A stretch of DNA of 64,000 nt, from assembly GCA_973895155.1 (NCBI GenBank), contig OZ316895.1:5910687-5974686 (forward strand), in the 5' to 3' direction. The stretch comes from Marsupella aquatica. Lineage: Eukaryota; Plantae; Marchantiophyta. The position numbers and the translations under genes are program-made. This document shows positions 1 to 14,614 of this stretch, piece after piece. Position 1 is the stretch's first letter, and every line of letters starts with the position of its first letter. A model generated the notes under the pieces. It was not told the origin of the DNA, searched no databases, and worked only from the letters and a program-made list of their open reading frames with translations.

Positions 1-3000
1 CTGGTGTCGATGGTACTGGCGCTGCCGGGGTTGCTGGTTGCGTCTGTGGTATTGGTGGTGGCGCTGAAAGTGGAACCTGCCCATGCATAGGTAGAGGTCC
101 CAGCAAGTGTTGCTGATGAAGAAGTTGCTGCACCTGCTGGGGCTGGGTATGCTGCATCAGCTGATGCTGCCGTGACTGTAATTGCTGTTGTTGGAGTTTC
201 AAGGCATTCTGTTGCTGGAAGTGCAGATGTAGCTGTTGCTGCTGATGTGCTATATTATTGACAGGTAATGATGAAGCATGAGGTGTAGTTGGCCTACCAG
301 CTGGCAAAGGAGGAGGTATATAAGACATGGGTTGAAGTGCGGACGGGAGGTTGTTGTTAAGTGGGGTAGAGATAGGCGATGGAACAGCTGTTGGAAATTG
401 CATACTACCATGGTGTGGCGTACTATGTCCAACAGGAAGAGGAGGATTTACAGATGCCTGGGTGGACCTTCCAGGTATACTATATGGGACACCACTCTCA
501 TCTACATAAACTGCATTAGGAACGTGTACTGGCCAGGGGGGCTCTGAGGTGTTAGACAGAGGGGTTCCCTTGGCAGTCGCCTCCGCAGGTGGCCATTGTG
601 GCGTAGGGCCAGGAAGAGAAGGATACGGAGTAGCACCTGGCCGAGCTGAGAACATATTCGTAAGCGGTGATGGTAAGGTTGAGTCTAATCTATTCTGGGC
701 AGCGTCTGGGTGCCATTGACTTACTGGAGGTGGTGGGGGTGGAAGAACTTGTCTGGACACATCTGTTGCTGTCCTCTCTCCATGCTTGTCAGGAGGCCGA
801 GGCCTTGGATCAGTTGCATAAGAAGCTGAGACGACCCCCTTGCCCGAGCCACTGCTTGGATCTGTCACCGGAGTGGACGGCAGAGGCCTGTGGTCTAGTA
901 CACCCATTGGCAAATTCATGTGCATGGGCTGAGAACTATGATGAGGCATTGCACTAAATGGAGATTGTTGAGTCAAAATGTTTGCTTGAGGTTCCCTTAT
1001 GCTATGTACAGCTTGAATGGGTTCCTTTGGTTGCCTTGTAGAATGAACTGAAGATGAGGTAAGCTGCCTTGCCTCCCTCACAGACGACAAATGTACTGGA
1101 TTCTGGGCATCCATTACTCTAACGGACGTACCACTATCCCTCGCTTGAGGATCAGGTGGAGGAGGCAACCCAGTCGTTGCTTGCATATTCTTGGCAGTTT
1201 GAGACTCAGATAGTTTTTCATTAATGGACGGTGGGGTTACAGCAGGCCGGTCGCCACCCGGGACCCTTGAGTTCGACTGTGGTTCTGATGGCCATGAATG
1301 AAATGGACTTGATGCTTTCTTGTCCGACATGGTACGAGCTGCATTGAGTGTCGACGTCCCAGATACTGTCTTGGCACGGAGATGTACCTGCTCGGCTGCC
1401 AAACCACTGACTGTCTGCACAAATTCTTCCTTCTGTGTTTGCACAAACCCAGCCAGATTTCGAGCCACGCTTGCTTGGAGAGTGACCTTGCTTTGAAGAA
1501 GCAGCATATCAGCAACCTGTGGAGTTTTGACACTGTGAACAGAATCGGTAGTGGTACTTATGGAGCTTGACGAGCTGGATGTTTTCTCGGACTTCACATC
1601 TGCAGTAGTGGAGGGTGCAGAAGCACCGCGATGAGAAGCCTCTCGATTACTGACAACTGGCGCTACTGCAGCGCTTTCTGCAACTGAAACCTCTTCCCAT
1701 TGCTGCTCAGAACCTTTGTCCTGAGGGGTGATACTTCTTTGACCATCTTCCTTTGCCATCTTGTTAGGTCCGTTAGCTAATCCTGAATGGCCTTTTCTGC
1801 CCGTGTCCAATACTGGGAGACTAGAATTCCTGGACAATTGGTGGTCATCAATTCCGCTGTTCGTGGCTGACAATTGTTGACGCTCCTGCTGCTTTGCCAT
1901 AAACTCATCCACATGTATTGAAGGAGGCCTTCCACTACCAGAAGTAGAGCGCTGAATTGGTGCCGGACTACTTCCACTAGTAACCACCTCACTTCTTTCA
2001 CGCGCAACGTAATCATCGACATGCATCGAAGGAGGTCTACTAGTGTTAGGCTTCCTCTGTCGGAATGTGTCCCGCCGGTTGAGAGCAGAAGCTGACGTTG
2101 CAGAGGCTGGCAAAGGACGCCCTGAGACTGGAGTTGAACCGATGCTATTAGGTGGCATTCCATCTATAGGAGGTGTTGATGTAACGGAGATATCCATGCC
2201 AGGCCGTTTCCTGCTGACTTCAATCATTGCCATGGCTTTTCTCTTTGATGAACTCCGTGGCATTACGGGTCTGTCTTGTAGAACAATAGGGCATTCCCAC
2301 AGAAGTACACCGCTTGAATCCAAGCCAGACGCCTCAAGGCCCTTTTCTGGTAAACATTCAGTTGAATTACTTTCGTCCCTTTCAGACTCAACACGTTGCT
2401 TTGTTGAAAAAACTAGAGCAGTACTCAGTCTCGCATCTGGGCGCCATTGGACTCGTTTGGGACTCGTCTTGTGGGCGGCATATGCTAAGGTTTGACCTTT
2501 CATGTCAAGGATAGCTTTCTCTATCAATTCTCTCCCAATGTCAGGTCTTCTAAGTATCCGCAAGGTTGTCATGAGACCGGTATATACCTGCGTGTAAAGG
2601 AGTTTCAAACCAGATTATTACCAGATAAAGCCTTAGATTGCATGCATACAAACGAGTACATTTCGGACCAAGTTATACGCATTAACATTCTCAAACCCCA
2701 ATAAAACAGGTGGGTACAATTTTGAAGGAAGTCAATAGGTAGGTGGATACCTCCTGAATGATAGGCTGGGGAACTGAGGATACACAAGAGATGTCTGTGG
2801 CTGAGACTCTGTCTGGGCCATCGTCGATACTGTGTTTTCTCAGTCTTGCGGCAACGCTCACAACTGATCCTAGCTTCTCTTCGCAGGACTTTTCTGTTGA
2901 GAACCCCTGACCGATACCAAACAGGCAACTTAAAGCAGCTACACCACAGGTACTGCACACCCAGAAATCCGATAGCAAGTCTTTGTCAGCCTTATTGAGT

Positions 3001-6000
3001 AGAAAGCTTTAATTTACTATAAGTTTATGATCTGCATGACATCCAACTCATCAGAAGATGACGATGACAAGGTAAGGTACAGCCAAACAGGTTGCGATTA
3101 AAATATTTCCTCGTCTAGACTAAAATTACACCGACCTTGCAGAGATCCTAATACCGAGAGGGAGGCCATTGCCTTCATAGACTGGCAAACCTCGCGGTTC
3201 CAAGTACCAAGCTTGAATAGACAATTCCTTACATATGACGCTGTTAACATGAAAACCCAGTTCACCACTCTCTGGTCACCTTGGAAACCTGAGTCACCTC
3301 AAGTTCCAACCCTGCATAGTTTAATTGATGTGACTCAGACTTAAACCTGGGTAAAAAGAGTACCAACTAACAAAGTAAAAACCAGACAGGATTGCTGATC
3401 GAACCTCTTCCCTGCAGCTGAGAGCGTAATAGCCAATCTTGCAAAACGTCGGATTACGCCAACTAGTAAAATACCATCGCACTTGTCAGAGTCCATGGTC
3501 CTTTCTATCCGCAGCCATAAACTCCCAAATATTGAACTCTGGTGTTCTTTGGTCTTCTCTTTTGCCACCTCCGGAACATTACAATCGTTCGCAGCTTGAG
3601 GTATCCCAGAATCTGTTGTAACTTCCTCAACCTCATTGGTCTGGTCTTGTCTTCGAACCGAAGCATACCCAACAGCAGTTCTCCCCAACTTATGGCTGGA
3701 TATTTTTTCGAGTGCCTCCAAAACCACTTCAAAATCATTACCAATAGGAAGAACCTGCAAGAAAAGTCAATAAGCCAGAACTTTTAGAGAGAATGCGACG
3801 ATCTCTTTAATAGTAGTTCTAAGATGAGTTCAATCTTCCCATGCTAACTAAACCAAGCAACTTCCACTACTGTATCGAAAACCCACACTTGGGTGGAATC
3901 AAGCCTAAGGTTCCGCAACTACAAGAGATATCCCGCAACAAAAGGAATAGTTGGAACATCTGCTGACATGTCTTTCGTGCAACAAGAACCAAATGTCTCT
4001 TGCTAGTTTCTAATTTGTGTCGTGAAATTGATCTCCAGGGATGGTCATTTGGGTGGAGCTTCACAAGCGATAGCTATTAACCTCTATGGAGCAGAGAAAT
4101 AAAGAAGGAGGCCCCGGCAAGGGATTGATCAAACCTAGAGTTGGATGGACCTCAAAGCACCAAGGATAGAGTTTAGCTTGTCACTATACATCAAACCATG
4201 CAAACAACCAATCCCTAGAATAATCTCTTTAAAGGTACCAGCGGAACATGCACCTGCAAAAGAGTCAGAAGCCAAGAGACAATGGAGCAGCAATCTCCGA
4301 AATTTGGGCAATCCTCCATGATACGCCTGAAGCAAATGGACAATGAAAATGAGAGAACACTTGAGGGATACTCAGTGCCAAGTTCGAAAAATCACAAGCA
4401 CAAAAAACATTGACGTAGTGCTTACATGCAAGCAGGACGAGTTTGTGAAATCAAGGATTTTGAAATAATGTACACAACGAGCCTCATTTTGCGTGTCAGT
4501 GTCTGGGAATCTCAAATACTAACTACCAACAACCATCTTGAAAGGTAGCAGTATGTATCTAATTGAAACGATAGATTTGTAGGTGAACAGCTGTGCAAGG
4601 GAGCCCTATAGCGAGCCTCCCCAGCCCACTGCCAGGAAGAGCAGGGAAGTCGCATTATCTTTTTCGTCGCGCAAGTTCTCATCCTTGAGTGACCCTTGCT
4701 ACTGTGCAGGAACAGAATACTGGTTCTGTAAATCCTCTAAGTTGTATTTCCCTTTGTCTAACATGGCACTTTCTCTCTTTTTTCCTGGCGGACAACCACA
4801 GCCCCCCTTTTGCTTGTGCACAACATACAAAGCCACTTCGTCATCTGTGCTGAAATGTACCTGCTACGAGCCCTCAGTGGCGCCAGGGAAATATCGGGGT
4901 CACAGAGGGCCGTGAAAGCTCGTGCAATCCAAAGCCACCGCCCCACTGCAGCGGAATTGAAAATTTCTGGAGAAGAAGATTCGTCTACAATCAAAGGTTG
5001 GCTTGGGATTTTGCAGGCGCTCAATAAAATCTCAACAACTGCCTCACGAAGTAAAACTGCCTGCATGAAAAGTTTCAAACAGAAAATGCAGTGAGGTGAC
5101 TCGGGTGAAAATGATTTTCGGACTATTATTCCAAATGAACAGCTAATTTAGGAGACGTTCAAGTACTTCAAAACAGCGTTCAAAATTATGGCTCACAAAG
5201 TTTGCAAAAACACAAAAATATCTACAGTAGTTCGATCGTTCTAATCTTGGACGGTCCACTAAACTCCGATGAGTTAAGTATTAAACGATCACCTGCGTAC
5301 GCCTAAGCTCTGTCCCACTCCACTCTTTCCAAAGATTTCTATCTCCTAGAATTCAGGCAAAGACTTCATGTGCCAAAAACCATGAACGATTCAGCATTGA
5401 ATTTTATACATATATTGATAATCTGTATATATATATGTTGATAAGTCTATTCAAACTTTATGGATTATCAACATATATAATTTTCAAACTTATATTTGGA
5501 TTTTTTCACACCGACCTGAGGCTTAAGGACCAGGTTTGTACCTTTGAAGCAGGATGCACAGCAAGCCCAGCAACAATTTGAGCACTATGCTCCACCTGTA
5601 CATGTCAGTGTGAAAGGGGTTGGTGGGCTCTCCTATGTGTGGAGCAATTAAATGACAGAATCACCTAAGCTGGCTCTGTACTTCATGCATATTGCCAAGA
5701 ACTTGTAATGGTACTTAATTGAGGGAAATAGGAAGGGGCTACTCGACTACATCTTGGAATGAACCAAAACTTGCCCTTCTTAGTATAGACTTGCCTGTAA
5801 CGTTTCTATCTCAGATCCAGTCATGCTGAGCGCACTTTGATCTCGGATTTGATTAATTATTGGTCGCAAAATTGTAGCAGCATGATCTATGTTTAAGCAT
5901 GATAAGCGGATGATGAGGAGTTTGAGCATGTCTCGCAGGACTCCACACACCTGGAATGGAGAAGTCATCTTGTCAAAAGTCCCAAACATCTTAACTTCAT

Positions 6001-9000
6001 TCTAGACTTCAGACTCAAATTAACTTCATTCTAGACTTCAACAGGACATCAAATGATAGAGAAATATACCCTGTATCTCAGCATTTGTACTCAATAGAGA
6101 AAGAGGCTATTTACCACGACGACGTTTAGTCTGTAGTATCCATCGAAAATGATCCCCTCACCGAGAAGAAAAGCTACAATTGAGCTAAAAGCGAGATTTC
6201 TAATTGCATCACTGAGACTTGACGAACCAATTCATAGATCCTTGGGCTGAATTGAGGGGACTTTCTAGTGGAAGAGACGTACCGTTGAGGTGTTTTGTGT
6301 AACTATCTCACCAATCTGGTCCAGGTAGAAACCAAAAGCTTGCATAAATTCATCTGAACGCGGTGAGCGAGTGTGCCATCTGACAGCAGATGCACTCTGA
6401 CATCCTAAGACATTGTCCACAGCCAGACTTCTGTACATATCCGACAGAGAGCTCTCGCTATTGCACAGCCGAGGACATTCCGTTGGAAGCATATCAACCT
6501 GAAAGAAGATGATGACAAATTAATGAAGGTGAAATATTTTGTCATTTCCCTCCGTATTTTCTGCTGGCACACCAAATCAACAGCGCAGCCCAAATGCAGA
6601 TCATCATACCAGAAGTGAAAGTACACCACAAGTCGCTGCAGGTTCCATTGGAGGCAGTACTGGATTTGGCATGGTGCTAGAGTTATCTAGACCAAGTAGA
6701 CGTGGAAAGAATGGAGGCGTCCACTCAAAAATTGGCCAGCAAATCAAAACTGATGCCAGCACCTGCCGGACAGCAATGAAATCCTGTGTGATTCCCGACC
6801 AGGCATATGGTGGCGCAGACACGTAGCTTGCTATCCGAGAACTGTGAGTTTGGCAAAAGAAGTCGAAATCATCACCACCGTCAGATTACGTCATATTCAG
6901 CTAAGCAGAAGCCCGCCAAAAAAGAGGAGGGCAACTTCAAAACGCCAACAAGAAACAAACTTCTTCAATAACCTTTGTTAATTATCCCCACCTCATCTGC
7001 TGATGTAACAACAGTAGAACATCGACCAACTTCGTATTTTGATAATTCCGAACTGCAGCCTAACACAAACAAATTCACACTGTCACACAGCAAGCAACAG
7101 AGCAACGGACTACCCTAAGCTCTTGGCCAGCGCCACGCCATAATGATGCAATAAGAGTTAACAAAAACTTTTCAAGCCATAAAAGGTTCCGGCTTCTAAA
7201 GCATCAACCATGAACTGTAACAACTACGACGTGGAATGGACCCGATCCATGGCCGGCTTTCCCACATAGTCCATAGTGCTTAGAGGGAACGACCAATTAG
7301 GGTCAACCTACTGTCTGAACCAGAGGGAGCTCTACTCTTACAGGCAGCAGTAGTTTGGTCATGCAAATCATGATTGAAAATGCCCTAAAAACCCGGTTTT
7401 GTCCCAGATAGATTCTTGACTGCCTGGCAGTCCAAGTTTTAAGCAGCATGTAGGCATGCCCTTGAAGAAATGCCGGACTACACAAAGCAGGAATCTTTAA
7501 CTCGGTAAGGGGTTACTTGATCCACATATGCTTCTCAGTCTTCACAATTAAGGTCTCTGGTATACATGAAGTCCTTCTGGAAAGAACTATAACCTGTAAA
7601 TTTTGAAGAAGAGTTAACAAGAACAAGAGGGCTGGCAGCAGCAATCCAAGTAGCAGATGCTCCTTTGCATGGTCCCCAAGGTTTTCTGCTGTAACGTCAA
7701 ATTCCATGTCTTCATCATCCATTGTTGCATCTGCTTTCAAAAGAGACAGATCACTTTAGTCTACTTTACAAGTAAACATAGGATTATACTAAAGTAGAAT
7801 TACACAGAATGACTCAGAAACTCAATCTCAGGGCAGAATGCGCCATATACCATAAGCACTCGAAGTCAACTGTAAAGCAGTTGAACACTGATCGAGGACA
7901 GAGCACACGACGGCCACAGCTCCCTCTCCACAAAGTACAGTAGCCACGCCCTTCAGAGACAAAACAATCATTGGCGCAGGAATGTTTATATTTTGCAAAG
8001 CTTAGATTAGGCATCCATGAGCTGTAAATGCTACAACAGCAGAGTCGATGACACTAAAAAATCAAACTTGAATTTGTCAATTACCATGTCCGCATGTAAA
8101 TGAACCAACGATGACTTTTGCGCTCGGCAATACTGCTTCCGCCCGGGATCTAGACTAGTTCTATTGATATAGATTACATACTTTTACCAAAAAAATTGCT
8201 TGATAGCAGAATTCCATAATTTATCACAACTTCTAAGAGGGTGCTTGCCATACCGGATAACAAGACACCAAGGCCAATATCCGAAATGCAACTGTCATTT
8301 GCACAATTGCTGCGTCTGTTAGTGGAGCAGCTGTAACTTCCGTCCCAGCCCACTTTGCTTGATATGGCCCAGCTGCATTGCCCAGGTCATTATTTACAGC
8401 TTGATCCCCAACATTGGCATCAACTTCCATGCTATCCACCAATGGCAGTCCACCTGCTAGTATTGCTGAAGCATGTTTCAGCAACCCCACTGCACCCTTT
8501 TTGTGATACACTACCGCCGAATCCAGCCACTCTAGAAGACCAGAACAGGCCCCGTTCTTAATCTCATATCCACCTGCACTGGTGGAAAGTGATTCATCCA
8601 TCTCCGCTGTGGAGGCAAGAATAGCACGCTGCATAGCCACTGCGTGAGGTGTCCATGCAGCAACCGTTGGAGCTGCTGCATCACTTACAACCACTTGAAG
8701 CACCTCAGCCACAAAATGCACTGCTGCGCCGCGCCATGTTTTGCCTGTCAAGATATCGAGGTCATAGACAGTTCAGCCAAAATCCTCTGGAAAATCTTCC
8801 AACATACAGAGCTCTATTCACAGGCAAAAATCTTACTACTCACCAAAAACCAATCCTGGAGAACCCTCAGAGCCCGAGTAAAACGACCCTACCAAGAGAG
8901 TCATTACCTACACATTGAAAGATTGGATATCAGTACAGGTTTTTTTTTCAGAAAGACTTGACTGTTCTCGCTTGGCAACAGCTTGACACGCAGGTCTTGT

Positions 9001-12000
9001 AGTTAAAAAGTGACAGTAACTGATTGAAAGAGACAATGCAATCACCTCTGGAAACCATGTCAGCATCAAGAGAGCCTGACGTCCACTCTCGAGTCTGGAC
9101 AAGTAGACATCAATTTTGTCAGTTGGCATTGTCCACAACGGATTTTAGGTGTTGTTAGACATGGTTGATATCAAACTTACGTACAGCACACCTTGAAATT
9201 CTAGAATCTTTACTTCTTGCACAACGTCTCACAAACATACGACCTCGACTCTTACAGCCTGCGCCTTGATCTCCATCAAGATGGACAGTTCGATGAAACA
9301 AGTTCGTCAGATTTTCCACTGACCTTGATATTGTAGAAAGTTCCCAAAGGGCCCACAATGACTCTTCCGACTGTTGACGAGCACCCAGTAAGCGATCCAT
9401 GGCACTTATCTGGAAGACCCAGGTCAGTGTAAAGACGTGTAAGGATCACTTAGAGAATTAACTCTGAACTTTAACTCTCTCAATATACTTGTAAATTGAA
9501 TTAGAGAGGAAGTATAGTCCCCACCACAGAAAGACAGGTTTGAAACATTCCACTAAGGTCGTGTGGATGGCACAGAAATCCAGCTGTAGTCAGAGCTATT
9601 GTATGACGGAGTGGACAGAGATCTTTCTCATGCAACTCCTGGATCCTTTGGAAAGAAGCCAATAGGTTTCTAGATACCTCCGGATCATTTGCTAGAAACA
9701 GCAGCCCTGCCACAATACTTAAAACAAATCAGGTCAATATGAGCAAAGCATGAAATGTGTACTTCTAAGTCCAATTCTCTAATGCCTGCACGAGAACTAA
9801 GGAAGAAATTTGAAGGCCATGCAGAGTTGTAAGAGCAGAAACAAACTCCCAACAGTTTTCGGGTAGACAAGGTCCTATTCGAATGCTCTATTCCTTAAAC
9901 ATCTACTCCGTGTCTTCTTCCATATCAAACTACAGTATCAAAATGAACTCATCCAAATAAGACTTACTAAACTCACCCGATCGACAACTTAAAAGTGCCA
10001 ACAGCAAAGCTTCAATAGCACCCACGAGCTCTGTACATGATTTCATAGCTTGTCCCTGTAATGAGCGTAACCTCGGAGCTGACACTAGAGCAACCAGCAT
10101 AGGAAGCAGCCGTCTCTCCTATCAACATTCGAAAGGGTAGAAAAGTTCAACTCACTCATTCATGGAACTCTTTACTTAGGTGTTCGAAGAGCTAGGATTT
10201 TCTATGGCACAAATTTTGGCAGCAACAAAGTATGAGCACCGGGGCAGATCGATAATCTAGTCAGTCAATGAATAAATGATTGATTTAAAGTACATGGGGA
10301 TCTAAGTTAGACCATGGTACTAAACGTGCAGAGTGTCAGCTAGAAAATTCAATTTGAGACTTTCAAAGGTGATGCATAAAACCGACATCAACCAACTTTA
10401 AAGTAATACCTGAAGTACTGATAGCAAATATGGGTCAATATCCTGTCTTGAAATAATGGAAGTTGTCGATGGAATAGCTCCATAGGCAGCAGAGGGAGGC
10501 AGCTGGTTTCCACCGTCCTCACCGTCTAGAGCTAACCAGTGAGAGAATCGTGTGGATGGACCTTCTTTCACAGAAACTTCTCTGGCAGTGAGCAATTTCT
10601 GTGCCACAGTTCACAGTTCCACGATGTCACAGGACAGTTATTATAATCGTCAGAGGAACAACAGTGTCTCTGGGCGATCATTACAAAATTTAGCGTTTCC
10701 TATGCAAGATACTTACCAAAATTTGTTTGATGAGCACCGTTGATTTATCTATTGCTTTGTCTTCACTTTCCTCTTTGCGGGGACTTTTTGGTAACGATCC
10801 AGGTTCCTTGATGAAGTTCTCCATAAGTGGCTGTCAAATAACAAAGATGTCAGCTAGGATAAGAGAGCCTTTGTTCCACATTAGTCGTGGTCAAACTGCG
10901 GCACCAACCGATACCTGAATTGCAGCAGTCAACTCATACACTCGAAGTCGATGAAGCACCCGAGCTGCAACGAGGACAATTGGTCGTTGCTGAGGTTGCA
11001 GAAGAAATTTCAGTAGTACTGAATAGCCTTCGCAAGTCCCTCTTGACTCCCAACCTTCTCGACAAAGGGCAATATTCGGGGTCCACCAGCCCAGCAGTGC
11101 GTCACAGCCAAATGCATACCGAGAAGCACATTCAACGGCTCCAAGCGCCAGCAAAGTCGTTGCAGAAAAATTGCCAACTACATGCTGGAGCACATCCAGG
11201 AGAAGATGAAGGCCCCCTGCCAAAACAAATCTGTAGCATTCTCGTGCATCTGTGCAGAGTAGCTGTGCGGCAGCAAGGCCACCTATCAATCTTTCTACCT
11301 GCAACGCCGACCAACATAAATTCACCTGGTTCACAACGTACTTTCGTACAGAAGTTTTCATGTAATTCAGGTACTTCAATTGTTTAACAAACTTTTCAAA
11401 TCAGCCAACAAGGACCACAGATTAACACTTCGAGACAGACCCAATACATTGATTCGCTGTATTCACGTTGTATGTGAATACATTGATTCACATATTCAAG
11501 CCTGTTTGTCTGGCCGGGCAATACTCCTCTTCCTAATCTTTATCTCTTGATTAAATTCGCTTAAGCTTGGCGTCTACAATTTTTGTCGTGCACAAGGGAC
11601 CAGTAAGTGCCTTCGTTGAAGATTTACTCTATCTTCAGAAAATTGGTTCAATTTAACTCGCTGCCAGGTTGATAGAGTCTCAAAAGGACTTACAGATAGC
11701 AGTGCCGGGCTTTGCAAGTCTCGTAAGTGAACACTGCTCTGAATCCAATGCAAAATCAACTCAAGCACCGAATCCGAATTCTCTGACTTTTCGTTAACTT
11801 CATCCTGCTCCATCTTTTCCGATCCTTGCACAACTTGAACATATCCTCCGGTCTTATCTTCTTCTTTGTCTTGCGGCAAATCAAGTAGCTCGCAAAGCTC
11901 TTGTTTTGCGTCAAGAAGAAGACTGAGCTCTTTCTTCTGCTCAGACTCCTCACTAGGGGTTGGTTTGGAAAATGCCGGCCAAAAATCAAAGCAAGCAACA

Positions 12001-14103
12001 TTTGGAAGCCTGCTTTCTGAAATATGTAACGAAGCTGCTGCAGATACAAGAGACTTAACAACCTTGTGTAGAGATTTAGTGTCTAAGGACGCCCGACCAG
12101 TCTGCCCTGCTAGCTGTAGCACCTTCTGGATAACTTCAGCGTTTTCTTTTTCGATCTTGATAAGATGCAGATAATTACAAGGACCGAAAGGTCTGTCAAC
12201 TTTGGCTCGTTGAGGACGCAATGCTTCTGGAAGGTCCTCAAACCTGTATGATACCTCACTTAGCAACAAGTCTGGAAGTTCCGAGCCCAGGTTGCAGTCA
12301 ACACCCACTTGACCAATCTGACTAGCAAGATTGCCATACACAACCAACGTAAGAGAGTCATATGTGCCTCGTACCACAAGATGGTCGGTCACTGCTACCT
12401 GCAGTAATATTCAAAGAACAATTAGTTGCGTTTACTTCCACGCACATCGACGTTTGGAATAAAATGAAACCTGAGAATCCCAACAATTTATTAAGACTGC
12501 TAAATACAGTAGCACGAATCCCAAGCCTACCAGTTGTCCATCATCAGCAGTCTGCTTATTTCGAAGACCAGACTTATAGGACACTCAAGGCCGATGACTG
12601 GATATCCTAAAAAATCTTAAACTAACCTGAGCATCTAGGAGTGCTGGTGCTGAAGCAGAGTAGAGAAAAGCATGGCAAAGTCGCTTGAACCGGGCATCTC
12701 CGAGACTCCGGACAAAAATTTCAATACAAAACGACTGTGGACTACTGGCCCTGCAAGCATTCCAGACAGTCTCCTTCAGTGCGTGCAAGAAACTGATCGG
12801 AAAAAGTAATGCAGAGTAATCACAAACTACTTCCCGCACTAAGCAAAACTAAGATAACTACTAGAACAGTAAAAGAGATCTCTCCAACAGAAGTTGGTAT
12901 CAGGATTTAATACGATCGAAGCCGATTCATCACCTCACAATTTTCAGGTTAAAAGGACATACCCACTAAGTGAAATAGCCCTGCACAGTGAACTCGTTTG
13001 CTGTTCGAGTATTTCACATGCAGTGATGACCACTGGCTCGGAAAAGCGTACCTGAAAACATCTCCAAGTGACGAGCAGAAGCATCAAAAGCAGCACAAGT
13101 ACCCTGACCAAAAGTCAAATTAAATAATAGAAGACCAAAGGTTATCAATTCAATCCTTCCTTAAATTATGGACTACATAGTTGAACAACTTTGATGTACG
13201 CCAGAAGGTCATCAAAACAAAAATGGTGGTGTTGAATGTCGTATCCACCTATTTTTCTTGAGTTGCAAGACATCCGTGCAGTACATCGGGACTCGGATAT
13301 TAAATTGCCAAGAATTACCCCTTTCGGCACAACCCTAGACCCTGATGGTAATGTCTAGGAGAAAATTATCGGCACCTTATGACAGATCACTTAGGTCTGA
13401 TGTGCCACAGCAAGTTTGTGAAGGAAAGTTGTCTTGTACAAACTGTTGCAACCGATACACAGCAAATTTTGCATTGGCAAAGGTGTTCCCCTATCTTTCA
13501 TACTTAGATAGCCACGGTAATATTCTCTAACAACCTCAGAGTGAGGTCCCGGGGATCCAGCCTTTGATAATATACTTCAAGCCCGTTTCCAGTATACCGG
13601 AAAATTCGTTCTAATATGCCCTACTGTAAATATTTACACAGCTGGTGCTGCTAATATTTTCAACCATTGTCCATTGATTTCTGACAACTTCCCGCCTTAG
13701 ACCTTGTCCGTTGCCCTTAATAGAGACGTGATCAATTTCCATTTTGAATTTCTGGAGTCATTTTCTTGCACGTCCCTTGACCCCGACGCAGTAGAAATAT
13801 GCATCGTACGATATGGATTGAAAAACAAACATTGCCAGAATTGAGATCATCTGAGCGACGTTATCATTTATAGCTGATGCCTCTTGTCTCCTTGCGGCTT
13901 GCGGCTTGCGGCTTGCGGACTCCAGTGTACTCCCTCGTCCGCAGAGGGATTTGAATAAAAAAGCCCATTCAATGTCAGATTATTCATGCAAAATCCTTTA
14001 TGAAGAGAGATTGCAGAAACTGTCTTACCTCGTCCACATGCTCCCCCGGGTGATAATGCCGGAAAGACTGCGAAAACAAGACTCTGGGAGCAGGGCGCCC
14101 CAT
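1..14103 (-). CDS. VIR: VIRILIZER / KIAA1429 (VIRMA) homolog, m6A methyltransferase complex subunit; multi-exon, 3' end lies beyond the left window edge
   Basis: Exon 1 (14103-14029) translates MGRPAPRVLFSQSFRHYHPGEHVDE followed by gtaag. Exon 2 (13051-12963) is VRFSEPVVITACEILEQ. Next come SPQSFCIEIFVRSLGDARFKRLCHAFLYS and TDHLVVRGTYDSLTLVVYGN, matching the plant VIR N-terminal domain. C-terminal motifs RRDTFRQRKPNTSRPPSMHVDDYVARE (~2080-1995) and RPPSIHVDEFMA (~1930-1895) precede a long Pro/Ser/Gln-rich tail. GT-AG introns; internal exon boundaries are not all resolved. Confidence 0.92.
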
Positions 14104-14476
14104 TCCCGAGCGAAGTGAGGGCTCTCCCTAACAGAAGTGTTGTCCGTCCGCAGGGACTTTGTCTGCATGGAGAAATTCTTCAACCGACCTGCATTGTAAT
14201 TGCGAACGAATCGACGAATCAAACCAGCGCTCCCAAGGAGTGAACGAGAAAAGGAACGAAAAAGAGTACGCCCTCCTGCACTAACAATACAGCACGAGGT
14301 GACGCTACTGCACCAGCGAACGATAGGCACCCCAGCGAAGGTTTTGGGGTCAGAAAACTAGTTATGTCAAAACATTTCTGGCGGAAACAATAATGCAAAG
14401 GCTTCGTGGCTGTCTAAGTGCTTCGAGTGCTGACGTCTCGGTTCAACTTATTAAGGCATTTCCGTGGGTTCCAAAC

Positions 14477-14477
14477 C

Positions 14478-14528
<51 letters not shown>
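14477..14528. repeat. (CT)n microsatellite upstream of VIR
   Basis: Direct reading: near-perfect ctct run of ~25 units. Confidence 0.95.
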
Positions 14529-14530
<2 letters not shown>

Positions 14531-14614
14531 ATTTCGCTGGGTTCCAAATGCTCTCATTCCCCTCATTGGCGGGAACCTGGTTCCTTTATTTTTGGCTCTC
14601 TATTTTACTTTTCT

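Noticed and set aside
250-12610. Numerous short plus-strand and off-frame ORFs in the track
   Set aside because: They are antisense or alternative-frame shadows of VIR exons and introns.
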